Below, piece by piece: positions 47,146 through 58,176 of a stretch of 64,000 bases of DNA. The stretch's first letter is position 1. The number at the start of each line of letters is the position of its first letter. Under the pieces are notes generated by a model, which saw only the letters and a list, made by a program, of their open reading frames with translations, was not told where the DNA came from and did not search any database. The stretch lies in NCBI GenBank assembly GCA_963786195.1, contig CAWAYH010000011.1, forward strand, positions 374,781 through 438,780, in the 5' to 3' direction. Origin of the DNA: an uncultured Acidobacteriota bacterium. GTDB taxonomy: Bacteria; Acidobacteriota; Vicinamibacteria; Vicinamibacterales; 2-12-FULL-66-21. Made by a program: the position numbers and the translations under genes.

Positions 47146-48399
47146 TCACGCGTACATGCCGCGCATCTTCGTCACCGTCGCGACGCGGCTGATGGCGACG
47201 ATGTAGGCGGCGGTGCGCAGGTCGGTCTTGTACTTGATCGAGGTCTGCAGCACGTCCTCGAAGGCCTCGACCATCTTCGCTTCCAGGCGCCGGTTCACTT
47301 CGTCTTCCGTCCAGAAGTAGCCGTGGCGATCCTGGACCCATTCGAAGTACGACGTGGTGACGCCGCCGGCGTTGGCGAGGATGTCGGGGATGACGAACAC
47401 GCCGCGCTCGTGGAGGTAGCTGGTGCGCTTCCGGCGTCGTCGGGACCGTTGGCGCCTTCGGCGATGATCTTGGCCTTGATGTTCGGCGCGTTCTCCAGCG
47501 TGATCTGGTTCTCGAGCGCGGCCGGCACCAGGACGTCGACGTCGAGCGCGAACAGCTGCTCGTTCGTCGATCGGCTCGCCGCCCGGGAAGCCGTCGATCG
47601 TCTTGTGCTGCTTCGCGTAGTCGAGCATCTTCGCGATGTCGAGCCCGTTCTCGTTGTAGACGCCGCCCTTCCAGTCGGTGACCGCGACGATCTTCGCGCC
47701 GAGCTTCGAGAGCAGGTCCGCCGATACCGAACCGACGTTGCCGAATCCCTGCACGGCGACGGTCGCGTCCTTGATGTCGAGCCCGAGGTGCTTCGCCGCC
47801 TCGCGCGTGACGATCATCACGCCGCGGCCCGTCGCCTCGCGGCGGCCGAGCGATCCGCCCATCTCGATCGGCTTGCCGGTGACGACCGCCGTCGACGTGT
47901 GGCCGACGTGCATGCTGTAGGTGTCCATCACCCACGCCATGATCTGATCGTTGGTGTTGACGTCTGGCGCGGGCACGTCCTTGTCGGGACCGATCGCGTC
48001 GATGATCTCCGCGACGTAGCGTCGCGTCAGCGCTTCCAGCTCGCGGCGCGACATCCGCGTGGGATCGCAGACGACGCCGCCCTTGCCGCCGCCGAACGGC
48101 ACGTGCGCGACCGCGCACTTCCACGTCATCCAGGCGGCGAGCGCCGTCACTTCGTCGAGCGTGACGTCCGGGTGGTAGCGGATGCCGCCCTTGGCCGGCC
48201 CGAGCGTGATGTTGTACTGCACGCGGTAGCCGGTGAAGACCTCGATCTCGCCGTTGTCCATCTGCACCGGACACGAGACGATGATCTGCCGCTTGGGGTG
48301 GGTCAGGATCTTCCAGATGCCGGGATCGAGCCCGAGCAGCCGCGCGGCTCCGTCGAACTCCTGGAGCATCGCGTTGAAAATGCTGCCGCCTGCTTCCAT
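47146..48399 (-). CDS. Glu/Leu/Phe/Val dehydrogenase family glutamate dehydrogenase (417-aa class); the ORF stays open but ~55 internal codons are out of frame as assembled
   Basis: ORF 47146..48399: ...[23 protein letters not shown]...[19 protein letters not shown]...[11 protein letters not shown]... and C-terminal [30 protein letters not shown]. The expected middle [29 protein letters not shown] sits in the frame of ORF 47295..47528, and TTPEA sits in a third frame. Confidence 0.85.
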   Translation of the reverse strand: MEAGGSIFNAMLQEFDGAARLLGLDPGIWKILTHPKRQIIVSCPVQMDNGEIEVFTGYRVQYNITLGPAKGGIRYHPDVTLDEVTALAAWMTWKCAVAHVPFGGGKGGVVCDPTRMSRRELEALTRRYVAEIIDAIGPDKDVPAPDVNTNDQIMAWVMDTYSMHVGHTSTAVVTGKPIEMGGSLGRREATGRGVMIVTREAAKHLGLDIKDATVAVQGFGNVGSVSADLLSKLGAKIVAVTDWKGGVYNENGLDIAKMLDYAKQHKTIDGFPGGEPIDERAAVRARRRRPGAGRAREPDHAGERAEHQGQDHRRRRQRSRRRRKRTSYLHERGVFVIPDILANAGGVTTSYFEWVQDRHGYFWTEDEVNRRLEAKMVEAFEDVLQTSIKYKTDLRTAAYIVAISRVATVTKMRGMYA

Positions 48400-48552
48400 A
48401 AGACTCCTCGATGAGTGCGTAGCCGTCGATGCGGCACGGTCAATTGACGAAAACAGACCAAGCTACTGTGACAGAATGCGGCAAGTCAACAGCGCAAGCG
48501 ACCAGGCGCGGCAGGTATCAGGGAGCACGGTCTGCGTCTGACGCGGCATCCT

Positions 48553-50374
48553 GTGCGCTCATCGTCGCGCGTCTTGCCGCGCTCGTGCGGCGCCGCAGCA
48601 GTGCGGCACAGCCGGGCGGCGAGATCGACGCTCGCGCTCGTCAACGGGCGCGTCTACACCCTCGACGCGGCGCGGCCCTGGGCCGAGGCGGTGGCGATCG
48701 CCGGATCGCGGATCGTCGCGGTCGGGTCGACTGCCGAGATTCGGGCGCATGACGGCACGCGGCACGCGCGACGATCGATCTGAAGCGGCGCGTTCGCGCT
48801 CGCCGGGATTCAACGACGCGCACGTGCACATCGACAGCACGGGCGCGCTGCTCGTCGGCGTCAACCTGCTCGACGTCCACGAGCCGAACGCGTTCACGAC
48901 GCGCATCCGCGAGGCGGCCGGCGCGACTGCCGAAGGGCAGTTGGATCACGCGCGGTGAGTGGGGCGCCTACGAGCAATGGGCCGCAGGTGTCGGCGGGCG
49001 CCGCAGCCGCGCCGGCGCGGCGTGCGCGGGACCGTTCACGCCGCAGCCGCGACCTGATCGATGCGGTGACACCCGAGCATCCCGTGTTCGTCAACCGCTT
49101 CGATCGCAGCATGTTCCTCGCGAACAGCGCTCGCGCTCAAGCTGGCGCGGCATCACCGAGAGCACGCCGAATCCGCCGAACGGCGAGATCGTCAAGGACG
49201 CGAGCCGGCCGTCCGACCGGCATTCTCAAGGGCTCGGCCGCGGACATCGTCCGGCGCGTCATCCCGCCGATTCCGTTCGAGCAGCGGCTGACGCAGGTGC
49301 GCGCCGTGCTGAAGGAAGCACGCGAGGGCGGCGTGACGACGATGCAGGACCTGACGTCGGCGGAGCAGCTGCGGGCGTATCAGGAATTGCAGCGGCGCGG
49401 CGAGCTGACGTCGCGGATCATGCTGCGTCCGACGCTCGACAACGTCACGCACACGCCGCGCACTCGGCATCTCGCGCGGCTTCGGCGACGAGTGGCTGCG
49501 CTTCATCGGCTACAAGGCGTGGGTCGACGGCATCATGGGCAGCAGCGGCGCGATGTTCTTCGAGCCGTACACGCACGATCCGAAGAACAAGGGCCTGCTG
49601 CGCGACATCATGCGGCCCGAAGGGCAGGAAGGCGCGGCGATGGCGATGACCGCCGCGCAGCACTACACCGACTTCCCACCTGGCAACCTCGAGAAGCTGC
49701 TCGAGGCGGCGGTCGCGAACCGGCATCCCGCCGCACGTCCACGCGATCGGCGACAAGGGCAACCGGATCATCCTCGACGTCTACGAGAAGCTGCTGACGA
49801 AGCACGACCTGGTCGAATCGCGATCACCGGTGGCGCGTCATCCACGCGCAGGTCGTGCACCCGGACGATTTCGCGCGCTTCGGCCGAGCTGAAGCTCGTC
49901 GCCGAGATCAACCCGTACCACGTGTCCGACGACATGCGCTGGATGGAAGAACGCATCGGCCGCGAGCGGTCGCGGGGGGCGTATGCGTTCCGCAAGCTGA
50001 AGGACGCGGGCGCCGTGCTGATCTTCGGCAGCGACAGTCCCGGGCACGAATGCGGCGCGGTACTTCCTGAATCCGGTCTACGGCCTCTACGCGGCCGTGT
50101 CGCGGCAGACCCTGACAGGGAGAGCCGAAGGCCGGCTGGTTCCCGGATCAGCGGCTGACGATCGAGGAAGCGATCGAGGCCTACACCAGAGGGCCGGCGT
50201 GGGCGTCGTTCGAAGAAGACCTCAAGGGAACGCTTGCACCGGGCAAGCTCGCGGACATCGCGGTCTTCGACACCGATCTCGTCGCGGTCGGGCAAGTCCG
50301 ATCCTCGCCGCATCCTGAAGGCGCAGGTCCTCTACACCGTCGCTGGCGGCCGCATCGTCTTCGAACGCCGCTGA
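48553..50374 (+). pseudogene. Metal-dependent amidohydrolase (amidohydrolase-3/YtcJ-like); many frame breaks as assembled
   Basis: Pieces: LALVNGRVYTLDAARPWAEAVAIAGSRIVAVGS / PGFNDAHVHIDSTGALLVGVNLLDV / GILKGSAADIVRRVIPPIPFEQRLTQVRAVLKEAREGGVTTMQD / FIGYKAWVDGIMGSSGAMFFEPY...HVHAIGDKGNRIILDVYEKLL / IFGSDSP / reconstructed C-terminus ...LAPGKLADIAVFDTDL...ILKAQVLYTVAGGRIVFERR with TGA 50372-50374. The start is uncertain. Confidence 0.7.
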
Positions 50375-50564
50375 GGCTTGAAACGGCCTCCGAAACCGGC
50401 TCCAGAATGTGGCCCGCTGTCTCAAAACGAGGCATGTTCGGCCGGTGTGCGCGAATTTCATGGTCGTAACTCGCCTGCAAATAGCTGATATATAAGATAC
50501 TTAAAATTGATGACTCGGCTGGCCCTGTGATTGCTCGTCCATGGAACACGGGAGGAGAGGTTCC

Positions 50565-52163
50565 ATGTTTACGGTGAGCCGAAAGCTCATGCTTTCCGCG
50601 GCGATGGTCGTGATGATGACTGTCGGTGCGCAGGCGGGAGCGTCAGGCAACGGTACAGATCACAAGGACAAGGATCGTCGAAACGACGAGCGGGACAACT
50701 GGAAGCAGGTCCTGGTCCTGAGTGCGAGCGTGAATCACGATGAAGAAACGGTCACGCTGCGCGGACAGAACTTCGGCAAGCACCAGCAGGTGGTCTTCTG
50801 CGAGACGACCCGCATGCGCGTGCTCAAGTGGACGACGACGGAAGTCGTGGTTCACTTTCCGGATGAAGTTCAGGACGGGACGTACTTGTTCACGGTTGCT
50901 CGCGGAAACGAGCCGCACGAGCGCGGCGCATTTTATGTGACCAAGGTATCGCCGGGCTACGTCGGGGGAGACGGAGCCACAGGACCCGCCGGCCCAGAGG
51001 GGCCGGCGGGACCGCCTGGACCGCAGGGCCCTCAGGGGGACCGCGGGCTGCCAGGTGAGCGCGGTGCGGTTGGTCCACAGGGTGAACGAGGTGCCGTTGG
51101 ACCGCAGGGGGAACGCGGTCTGACAGGTCTGACGGGTCTGACGGGGCCGGGTGGTCCTGTCGGCCCCGGCTGGGCCCGTGGGCCCGACTGGTCCTGCAGG
51201 ACCGGGCGGTGTGGGAAGCGTTGGACCTGCGGGTCCGGCAGGTCCCGCAGGCCCGATCGGTCCGGCGGGTGCGGCTGGAGTCGCAGGTCCGGCGGGTCCC
51301 GCCGGTCCGGCTGGTCCCGCTGGCGCGGCCGACTGGCGCGACAGGGGCCGCGGGTCCGCAGGGAGAACAGGGAGCACTGGGGCCACAGGGTCCTGCTGGT
51401 GCGCCAGGGTCCTGCTGGTCCGGCAGGCGCAACGGGTTTGACGGGTCCGGCAGGTCCGCAGGGTGATGCCGGTGCAGCGGGTCCACAAGGCCCAGCCGGT
51501 CCTCAGGGGCCTGCCGGTCAGAACGGGGCGACTGGACCGCAGGGTGAAAATGGTCAATCAGGACCGCAAGGTCCTGCCGGTCAGGCGGGTCCCGTGGGTC
51601 CCGCGGGACCGCAGGGTGACCCCGGAGCTCAGGGGCCGGCAGGTCCCGCCGGGGCGAGTGGTGGAGTTGGGCCGGCCGGTCCGGCGGGCCCCGCGGGTCC
51701 GCAGGGCGATCCCGGTCCAGCCGGTGCAACTGGCGCGACGGGGCCGCAAGGGTTGACGGGTCCCCAAGGGCTGCAGGGTCCCGGCGGCGATCCGGGCCCG
51801 CAGGGCGTCATGGGTCCTCAGGGTCAGCAGGGACCGCAGGGTCCTCAGGGTCCGAACGGTCTTCCGGGCGGATTGACTGGCTATGAGAGGGTGTTCGCGG
51901 TGGTGCCGGCGGTGCCGGGGAGCGTGGGGACGACGGCCACGAGCAACCCGCCCTTCACCATGGACGCCGCCGTGAATTGCCCCGGTGGAAAGCGCCCCGT
52001 GGGCGGCGGGTATCAGTCGATGACCGCCAACACGCAGCGTCTCATCCCGGTCGTGTCGATGCCGACGCCCGATGGATGGTTCATTACGTTGCGCAACACG
52101 ACGGGCAGCACCCTGACGACGGTTCAGGTGACGGTCTGGGCAGTCTGCGTCGACCAGCCGTAG
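50565..52163 (+). CDS. Secreted collagen-like (Gly-X-Y) triple-helix-repeat protein with an IPT/TIG-like N-terminal domain and a Cys-containing C-terminal globular domain; internal out-of-frame segment as assembled
   Basis: Track ORF 50541..52163. GGAGGAGAGG lies before ATG 50565. Signal peptide [24 protein letters not shown]; [11 protein letters not shown]...[18 protein letters not shown]; long [28 protein letters not shown]... runs. Between ~51165 and ~51420 the GXY register continues in the frames of ORFs 51151..51441 and 51209..51466, then returns. Confidence 0.8.
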   Translation: MFTVSRKLMLSAAMVVMMTVGAQAGASGNGTDHKDKDRRNDERDNWKQVLVLSASVNHDEETVTLRGQNFGKHQQVVFCETTRMRVLKWTTTEVVVHFPDEVQDGTYLFTVARGNEPHERGAFYVTKVSPGYVGGDGATGPAGPEGPAGPPGPQGPQGDRGLPGERGAVGPQGERGAVGPQGERGLTGLTGLTGPGGPVGPGWARGPDWSCRTGRCGKRWTCGSGRSRRPDRSGGCGWSRRSGGSRRSGWSRWRGRLARQGPRVRRENREHWGHRVLLVRQGPAGPAGATGLTGPAGPQGDAGAAGPQGPAGPQGPAGQNGATGPQGENGQSGPQGPAGQAGPVGPAGPQGDPGAQGPAGPAGASGGVGPAGPAGPAGPQGDPGPAGATGATGPQGLTGPQGLQGPGGDPGPQGVMGPQGQQGPQGPQGPNGLPGGLTGYERVFAVVPAVPGSVGTTATSNPPFTMDAAVNCPGGKRPVGGGYQSMTANTQRLIPVVSMPTPDGWFITLRNTTGSTLTTVQVTVWAVCVDQP

Positions 52164-52186
52164 ACGCTGTTGGTAGATAGAGTGAT

Positions 52187-52227
52187 GGGGCCGGGACGCC
52201 TTGGCGTTCCCGGCCCCGAGTTCTTTC
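52187..52227 (+). terminator. Rho-independent terminator candidate after the collagen-like gene
   Basis: ggggccgggacgcc ttg gcgttcccggcccc (13-bp GC stem with one bulge) followed by gagttctttc. Begins 24 nt after the TAG at 52161-52163. Confidence 0.6.
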
Positions 52228-52294
52228 GGCGCCCCTCACGATTGCCTGCATCCGTGTTCCGCGGGATCTTCGCGGCTATAATGTCCTGACACAT

Positions 52295-53961
52295 ATGAAA
52301 GTCACGGCGGAGACCGATAAACAGCGCTGGGAGCGCGAGATCCTCGATCCGACGCTGAAGAAATCGGCCGAACGCCGCGTGCCCTTCACGACGATTTCCG
52401 GGCGGCCGATCGATCGACTCTACACGGCTGACGACCTCGACGGGCTCGACTACACCCGCGACCTGCAACAACCCTGGCGAGTTTCCCTACACCCGGGGCA
52501 TCCATCCGACCGGCTACCGCGGCAAGCTCTGGACGATGCGGCAGTTCGCCGGGTTCGGGACGCCGGAAGAAACCAACGGGCGATACAAGGCGCTGCTCGG
52601 GGCTGGTGGCACCGGCCTCAGCGTGGCGTTCGACCTGCCGACGCTGATGGGCCGCGACCCCGATCACGAGTTGTCGCTGGGCGAAGTCGGCAAGTGCGGA
52701 GTCAGCATCGTGTCGCTCGCCGACATGGAGCGGCTCTTCGACGGCATCCAGCTCGGCCGACATCACGACGTCGATGACGATCAACTCGCCGGCGTCGATG
52801 ATCTTCGCGATGTATCTGGTGGTGGCCGAGAAGCAGGGCGCCGACTGGTCCACGCTGTCCGGCACGATTCAGAACGACATCCTGAAGGAATTCATCGCGC
52901 AGAAGGAGTACATCTACCCGCCGCGCGAATCCATGCGGCTGATCACGGACGTGTTCGCGTTCTGCTCGAAGGAAGTGCCGCGGTGGAACACGGTCTCGGT
53001 CAGCGGCTATCACATTCGCGAGGCCGGCTCGACGTCGCTCCAGGAGCTGGCGTTCACGCTGCGCGACGGGATCGAGTACGTGCAGTACGGCGTCGACGCC
53101 GGACTGGACGTGGACGACTTCGCGCCGCGGATCTCGTTCTTCTTCAATTCTCACAGCGACTTCTTCGAAGAGATCGCGAAGTTCCGCGCGGCGCGCAAGA
53201 TCTGGGCGGAGGTGATGCGCGATCGCTTCCACGCGAAGCACGAGCGCTCGTGGAAGCTGCGCTTCCACACGCAGACCGCCGGCGTGTCGCTCACGGCCCA
53301 GCAGCCGTACAACAACGTGGTGCGTACGGCGTTGCAGGCGCTGGCGGCCGTCCTGGGCGGGACGAACTCGCTGCACACGAACTCGCTGGACGAGGCGCTG
53401 TCGCTGCCGACGGCCGAGGCGGCCACGCTCGCCCTCAGAACGCAGCAGATCATCGCGCACGAGAGCGGCGTCACGAACATGGTGGATCCGCTCGGCGGCT
53501 CGTACTTCGTCGAGCGGCTGACGATGGACATGGAGCGCGGCGCGAAAGAGTATTTCGACACCATCGATCGGCTCGGCGGCATGGTGGAGGCCATCGAGGA
53601 GGGCTACCCGCAGCGCGAGATCGCCGAGGCGTCGTATCGCTTCCAGCAGGCCGTCGAGCGCCGCGACAAGATCATCGTCGGCGTCAACGACTTCGTGCAG
53701 GAGGACGAGCCGCCCATCCCGATTCTCTACATCGACGAAACGGCTGCGGAGATTCAGATGCGACGGCTCGACGAGCTCCGCAAGAGCCGCGACAATGACG
53801 CGGTGCGCCGGTCGCTCGAGGCGCTGCGCGAGACCGCGCGCGGGAACGGCAACACCATGTATCCGCTGCTCGACGCCGTGCGGGCGTACGCCACCGTGGG
53901 CGAGATGTGCGACGCGCTGCGCGACGTGTGGGGCGAATACGAAGAGGTGCCACTGATCTAG
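52295..53961 (+). pseudogene. Methylmalonyl-CoA mutase family, catalytic (large, TIM-barrel) subunit; two frame breaks in the first 470 nt as assembled
   Basis: [48 protein letters not shown] / [60 protein letters not shown]...DGIQLG / [26 protein letters not shown]... through to ...[12 protein letters not shown] (ORF 52774..53961). The second break is one extra c at 52757/52758 (ggc c gac atc). Confidence 0.9.
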
Positions 53962-53976
53962 CTCCCGGCTGACCAG

Positions 53977-54390
53977 ATGCAGAAAATCCGAGTCGTCATC
54001 GCCAAGCCCGGCCTGGATGGTCACGATCGCGGCGCGAAAGTGATCGCGCGCGCGCTGCGGGACGCGGGCATGGAGGTCATCTACATGGGCCTGCGACAGA
54101 CGCCCGAGCAGGTCGTGGCCGCCGCGCTCCAGGAGGACGCCGACGTCATCGGGCTGTCCATTCTGTCCGGCGCGCACATGCATATCTGCCCGCGCGTGAT
54201 GGACCTGCTGAGGGACAAGGGTCTGCAGGACGTGCTCGTGGTGATCGGCGGCATCATTCCCGACGTCGACATCCCACGGCTGCGCGAGGCCGGGGTGAAG
54301 GGCATCTTTCTTCCGGGTACGCCGATGCAGGAGATCATCGCGTTCATCAATGACAACGTACGCACGCGTGCGGAGCAGGTGAAGACGTGA
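53977..54390 (+). CDS. Methylmalonyl-CoA mutase family, cobalamin-binding small subunit
   Basis: ORF 53977..54390: [64 protein letters not shown] (DxHxxG B12-binding motif). Confidence 0.9.
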   Translation: MQKIRVVIAKPGLDGHDRGAKVIARALRDAGMEVIYMGLRQTPEQVVAAALQEDADVIGLSILSGAHMHICPRVMDLLRDKGLQDVLVVIGGIIPDVDIPRLREAGVKGIFLPGTPMQEIIAFINDNVRTRAEQVKT

Positions 54391-55486
54391 CCCCGAAGCT
54401 GCTGCTGGCCGACGACAGCGTCACCATTCAGCGCGTGATCGAGCTGACGTTCGCCGACGAGAACGTCCAGGTTCTGGCCGTTGGCGACGGTCAGCAGGCC
54501 ATCGAGCGCGTGCAAGCCGATCGCCCGGACATCGTCCTGGCGGATGTCGGCATGCCCGAGCGCGACGGATACGAGGTCGCCGCGTTCATCAAGGGCAATC
54601 CGCAGCTGTCGCACATTCCGGTGCTTCTGTTGACTGGAGCCTTCGAGCCGATCGATGAAGCGCGGGCGCGCGCGGTCGGGTGCGACGGCGTCCTCGTCAA
54701 GCCGTTCGAGCCGCAGATGGTGATCAGCCGCGTGCGCGATCTGCTGGCCGGAAAACGAACGCCTCCGGCGCCGGCGCGGCCCGTCCCGGTTGCCGTACCG
54801 GCGAAGGGCGCACGTGTCGATCCCGCTGCGGGCGAGCCGCTCCAGGCGACGAGCGGATCGCTCGAGGACTACTTCGATCGGCTCGACGCCGCGCTCGCGA
54901 GCAAAACCCTTTCACCGCAGGCGGACCTTCCGCCGCGGCGCTGGCCGAAGCTCCGCTGGCGCGGGTGCCTGATCCGCCCGCGGTTGCGCCGCCGGCCCGG
55001 ACCCCGGTTGTCCCGAAGGTCGAGTCGATTCAGCCGAAGGTCGAGCATCGCGCGCTGGACGGATGGGATCCGGATCTCCCTCGCGATCCCGGAAAGACCC
55101 CTGTACCAAGCGCAAAGCCCGAGGCCATTCTGCCGCCGCTGCCGGCTGCCGCTCCGGAGCCGCCGCTGCCGGCACCGGTGGCGACCGCTGCGCCGACCCC
55201 GGAACCGGAGCCGCTGCCTCCGCCGGCGACGGCCCCCGCGCCGGTGGAAGCCTGGCAGGCGCCCCAGATGCACGAGGCGTTTGCGGCGCTGCTCGCGGCC
55301 GAGCAGCAGCGGCCCATAGCGTCCGCGGTTCCTCAGGCCGCTGCCGTTTCGACCGACGTCATCGACGACATCGTCCGTCGCGTCATCGACCGCCTCGGCG
55401 ACGACACCATGCGCGCCGCGGTGCTCGATACCGCCGAACGACTCGTGCGCGACGAGATCGAGCGGATCAAGAATCAGAGATCCTGA
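54387..55486 (+). pseudogene. Response-regulator receiver-domain protein with a long Pro/Ala-rich linker and a conserved C-terminal helical segment; frame break near 54.9 kb as assembled
   Basis: Receiver: KLLLADDSVTIQRVIELTF...DIVLADVGMPERDGYEVAAFIK...VLLLTGAFEP...VLVKPFEP (ORF 54387..55319, GTG overlapping the preceding TGA). C-terminus in ORF 54680..55486: ...PSAAALAEAPLARVPDPP...VIDDIVRRVIDRLGDDTMRAAVLDTAERLVRDEIERIKNQRS. Confidence 0.75.
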
Positions 55487-55554
55487 CCGAGGCGGGGCTC
55501 AGGGCGGAGGGGAGCTTGAGCCCTGAGTCGTTCCCCCACTACCATCATTCCGAC

Positions 55555-58176
55555 ATGGCCGACGATGTGGATCTCATCCACCCGATAGCGGTCCCGGAGA
55601 AGCCGGCGCTCGAGGGACTCGAAGAGAAATGGATCGCGCGCTGGCACGCTGAGGGCGTGTATCGCTTCGATCGGACCCGTCCGCGGTCCGAGGTTTTCTC
55701 GATCGATACGCCGCCGCCTACCGTCAGCGGCTCGCTGCACGTTGGCCACGTCTTCTCGTACACCCACACGGATCTGATCGCGCGCTTTCAACGCATGCGC
55801 GGGCGGGCGGTGTTCTATCCGATGGGGTGGGACGACAACGGCCTCCCGACCGAGCGGCGCGTGCAGAACTACTTCGGCGTGCGCTGCGATCCCTCGCTGC
55901 CGTACGACCCATCGTTCGCGCCGCCCGAGAAGCCGGGGAAGCAGCCGATCCCGGTATCACGCCCGAATTTCATCGAGCTCTGCGCACGCCTGACCGCGGA
56001 AGACGAGAAAGCGTTCGAGCGCCTGTGGCAGTACCTCGGGCTCTCCGTCGACTGGTCGATGACGTACGCGACGATCGGGAAGCGCGCCCAGCACCTGTCG
56101 CAGCTGGCGTTCCTGCGACTGCAGGGGCGCGGCCTCGCGTACCAGCTTGAAGCGCCCACGCTCTGGGATGTCGACTTTCGCACGGCGGTCGCGCAGGCCG
56201 AGCTGGAAGACCGCGAGCAGCCCGGCGCCTATCATCGCGTTCGCTTCGCCAGGCGCGACGGTGCAACGGCGGCCGGTGCGAGTTACGTCGAGATCGAAAC
56301 GACGCGCCCCGAGCTCATCCCCGCGTGTGTCGCGCTCGTCGCGCACCCCGACGATGAACGCTACAAGCCGTTGTTCGGCTCGGAAGTCGTGACGCCGCTC
56401 TTCGGCGCGCCGGTACCGCTGAAGGCTCATCCGCTCGCCGATCCTGAAAAGGGAACGGGCGTCGCGATGATCTGCACGTTTGGCGACGTGACGGACGTCA
56501 TCTGGTGGCGCGAACTGGCCCTGCCCGTGCGAGCTGTGATTCAGGCCAACGGCGCGCTCAAACCCGTGACGTGGGGCGAGGCTGGCTGGGACAGCATCGA
56601 TCGCGTGAGGGCGCAGCAGCACTACGACCAGCTGGCGGGCCTGTCGGCGGTGAAGGCCCGGGCGCGAATCGTGGAGCTCCTGCGCGAGAGCGGCGATCTG
56701 ATCGGCGATCCGCGGCCGATCACGCATGCGGTCAAGTTCTACGAAAAGGGCGACCGTCCGCTCGAGATCGTCACGAGCCGTCAGTGGTTCATCAAGACGA
56801 TGGAGTACAGGGACGCGCTGCTGGCGCGCGGGCGGGAGCTCCGCTGGCACCCGGCCTACATGCAGACCCGTCTCGAGAACTGGATCAACGGGCTCGCGGG
56901 CGACTGGTGCGTCAGCCGGCAGCGATTCTTCGGGGTGCCCTTTCCGGTCTGGTATCGCGTGCGCGAAGACGGGACGATCGACCACGACGCCCGACTCCTG
57001 CCTCTGGAGAGCCGGTTGCCCATCGATCCCTCTTCGGATGTCCCCGAGGGCTACACGGCCGATCAGCGCGATCGACCCGGCGGGTTCTCCGGCGATCCGG
57101 ACGTCATGGATACGTGGGCTACATCCTCCCTGTCGCCGCAGATCTGCGGCGGATGGATCGAAGATCCGGATTTGTTCGGGCGCGTGTTCCCGATGGACAT
57201 CAGGCCCCAGGCGCACGACATCATCCGGACGTGGCTGTTCTCGACGCTTCTGCGATCGGAGTTCGAGCATGCATCGCTGCCGTGGCGCAACGCGGCGATT
57301 TCCGGCTTTGTGCTCGATCCGGACCGCAAGAAGATGTCCAAGTCCAAGGGCAACGTCGTCACGCCGCTGGGGCTGCTCGAGGAGCACGGCTCGGACGGCG
57401 TGCGCTACTGGGCCGCGAGCGGACGTCCCGGCACGGATACGGCGTTCGACACGGGCCAGATGCGCGTCGGCCGACGCCTCGCGATGAAGCTGCTGAACGC
57501 GTCGAGGTTCGTGCTCTCGCGTCCTGAGCCGGCCGGTGCGGTGACGGTATGCGTGGACCGCGGACTGCTGACGAACCTGTCGCGGATCGTCCGCGAAGCG
57601 ACGGCGGATTTCGAGGGCTACAACTACACGCGCGCGCTCGAGCGCACCGAGACGTTCTTCTGGGGGTTCTGCGACGACTACCTCGAGCTCGTCAAGGACC
57701 GCCGCTACGGCCATCAGGGGCCCGAGCTCGCCGCGTCAGCGAACGGCGCGCTCGCCGCGGCGCTTTCGGTGATGCTCAGGCTGTTCGCTCCGTTCTTGCC
57801 GTTCGTCAGCGAGGAAGTGTGGTCGTGGTGGCGTTCGGGATCCGTGCATACGGCCCGCTGGCCCGTGCCTCAGGAGGTGCTGGCCGTCTGCCAGCCCGCG
57901 AGCGAAGACGATCGCGGCGCGCACGCCCTTCAGCTCGCCAGCCAGGTGCTCGGCGCGATCCGGAAGAGGAAGTCGGAGGAACAGCGGCCGTTCAAGACGC
58001 CGGTCGCTCGCGTGATCATCCGTGCGCCCGAATCGCAGCTCGCGTTGCTGCCGGACGTCGAGTCGGACCTGCGGGCAGCCGGCCTGATTCATCAGATCGA
58101 TACGGTCGTGTCGGAGGCCTTGCAGGTCGACGTCGACCTGGCTGCGCCCGAAGGCGTTCCGGAGCGTCCCGCATGA
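55555..58176 (+). CDS. valS: Valine--tRNA ligase (873 aa, short actinobacterial-like type)
   Basis: Track ORF 55063..58176. Family start MADDVDLIHPIAVPEKPALEGLEEKWIARWHAEGVYRFD at ATG 55555. PPPTVSGSLHVGHVFSYT (HIGH), KMSKSKGNV (KMSKS). Confidence 0.95.
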   Translation: MADDVDLIHPIAVPEKPALEGLEEKWIARWHAEGVYRFDRTRPRSEVFSIDTPPPTVSGSLHVGHVFSYTHTDLIARFQRMRGRAVFYPMGWDDNGLPTERRVQNYFGVRCDPSLPYDPSFAPPEKPGKQPIPVSRPNFIELCARLTAEDEKAFERLWQYLGLSVDWSMTYATIGKRAQHLSQLAFLRLQGRGLAYQLEAPTLWDVDFRTAVAQAELEDREQPGAYHRVRFARRDGATAAGASYVEIETTRPELIPACVALVAHPDDERYKPLFGSEVVTPLFGAPVPLKAHPLADPEKGTGVAMICTFGDVTDVIWWRELALPVRAVIQANGALKPVTWGEAGWDSIDRVRAQQHYDQLAGLSAVKARARIVELLRESGDLIGDPRPITHAVKFYEKGDRPLEIVTSRQWFIKTMEYRDALLARGRELRWHPAYMQTRLENWINGLAGDWCVSRQRFFGVPFPVWYRVREDGTIDHDARLLPLESRLPIDPSSDVPEGYTADQRDRPGGFSGDPDVMDTWATSSLSPQICGGWIEDPDLFGRVFPMDIRPQAHDIIRTWLFSTLLRSEFEHASLPWRNAAISGFVLDPDRKKMSKSKGNVVTPLGLLEEHGSDGVRYWAASGRPGTDTAFDTGQMRVGRRLAMKLLNASRFVLSRPEPAGAVTVCVDRGLLTNLSRIVREATADFEGYNYTRALERTETFFWGFCDDYLELVKDRRYGHQGPELAASANGALAAALSVMLRLFAPFLPFVSEEVWSWWRSGSVHTARWPVPQEVLAVCQPASEDDRGAHALQLASQVLGAIRKRKSEEQRPFKTPVARVIIRAPESQLALLPDVESDLRAAGLIHQIDTVVSEALQVDVDLAAPEGVPERPA

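Noticed and set aside
52702-54183. 493-aa minus-strand ORF
   Set aside because: Antisense to the methylmalonyl-CoA mutase subunits.
55957-57714. 585-aa minus-strand ORF, plus the 55063-55554 N-terminal extension of the valS track ORF
   Set aside because: The former is antisense to valS. The latter is an Arg/Ala-rich read-through overlapping the response-regulator gene. valS homology begins at ATG 55555.
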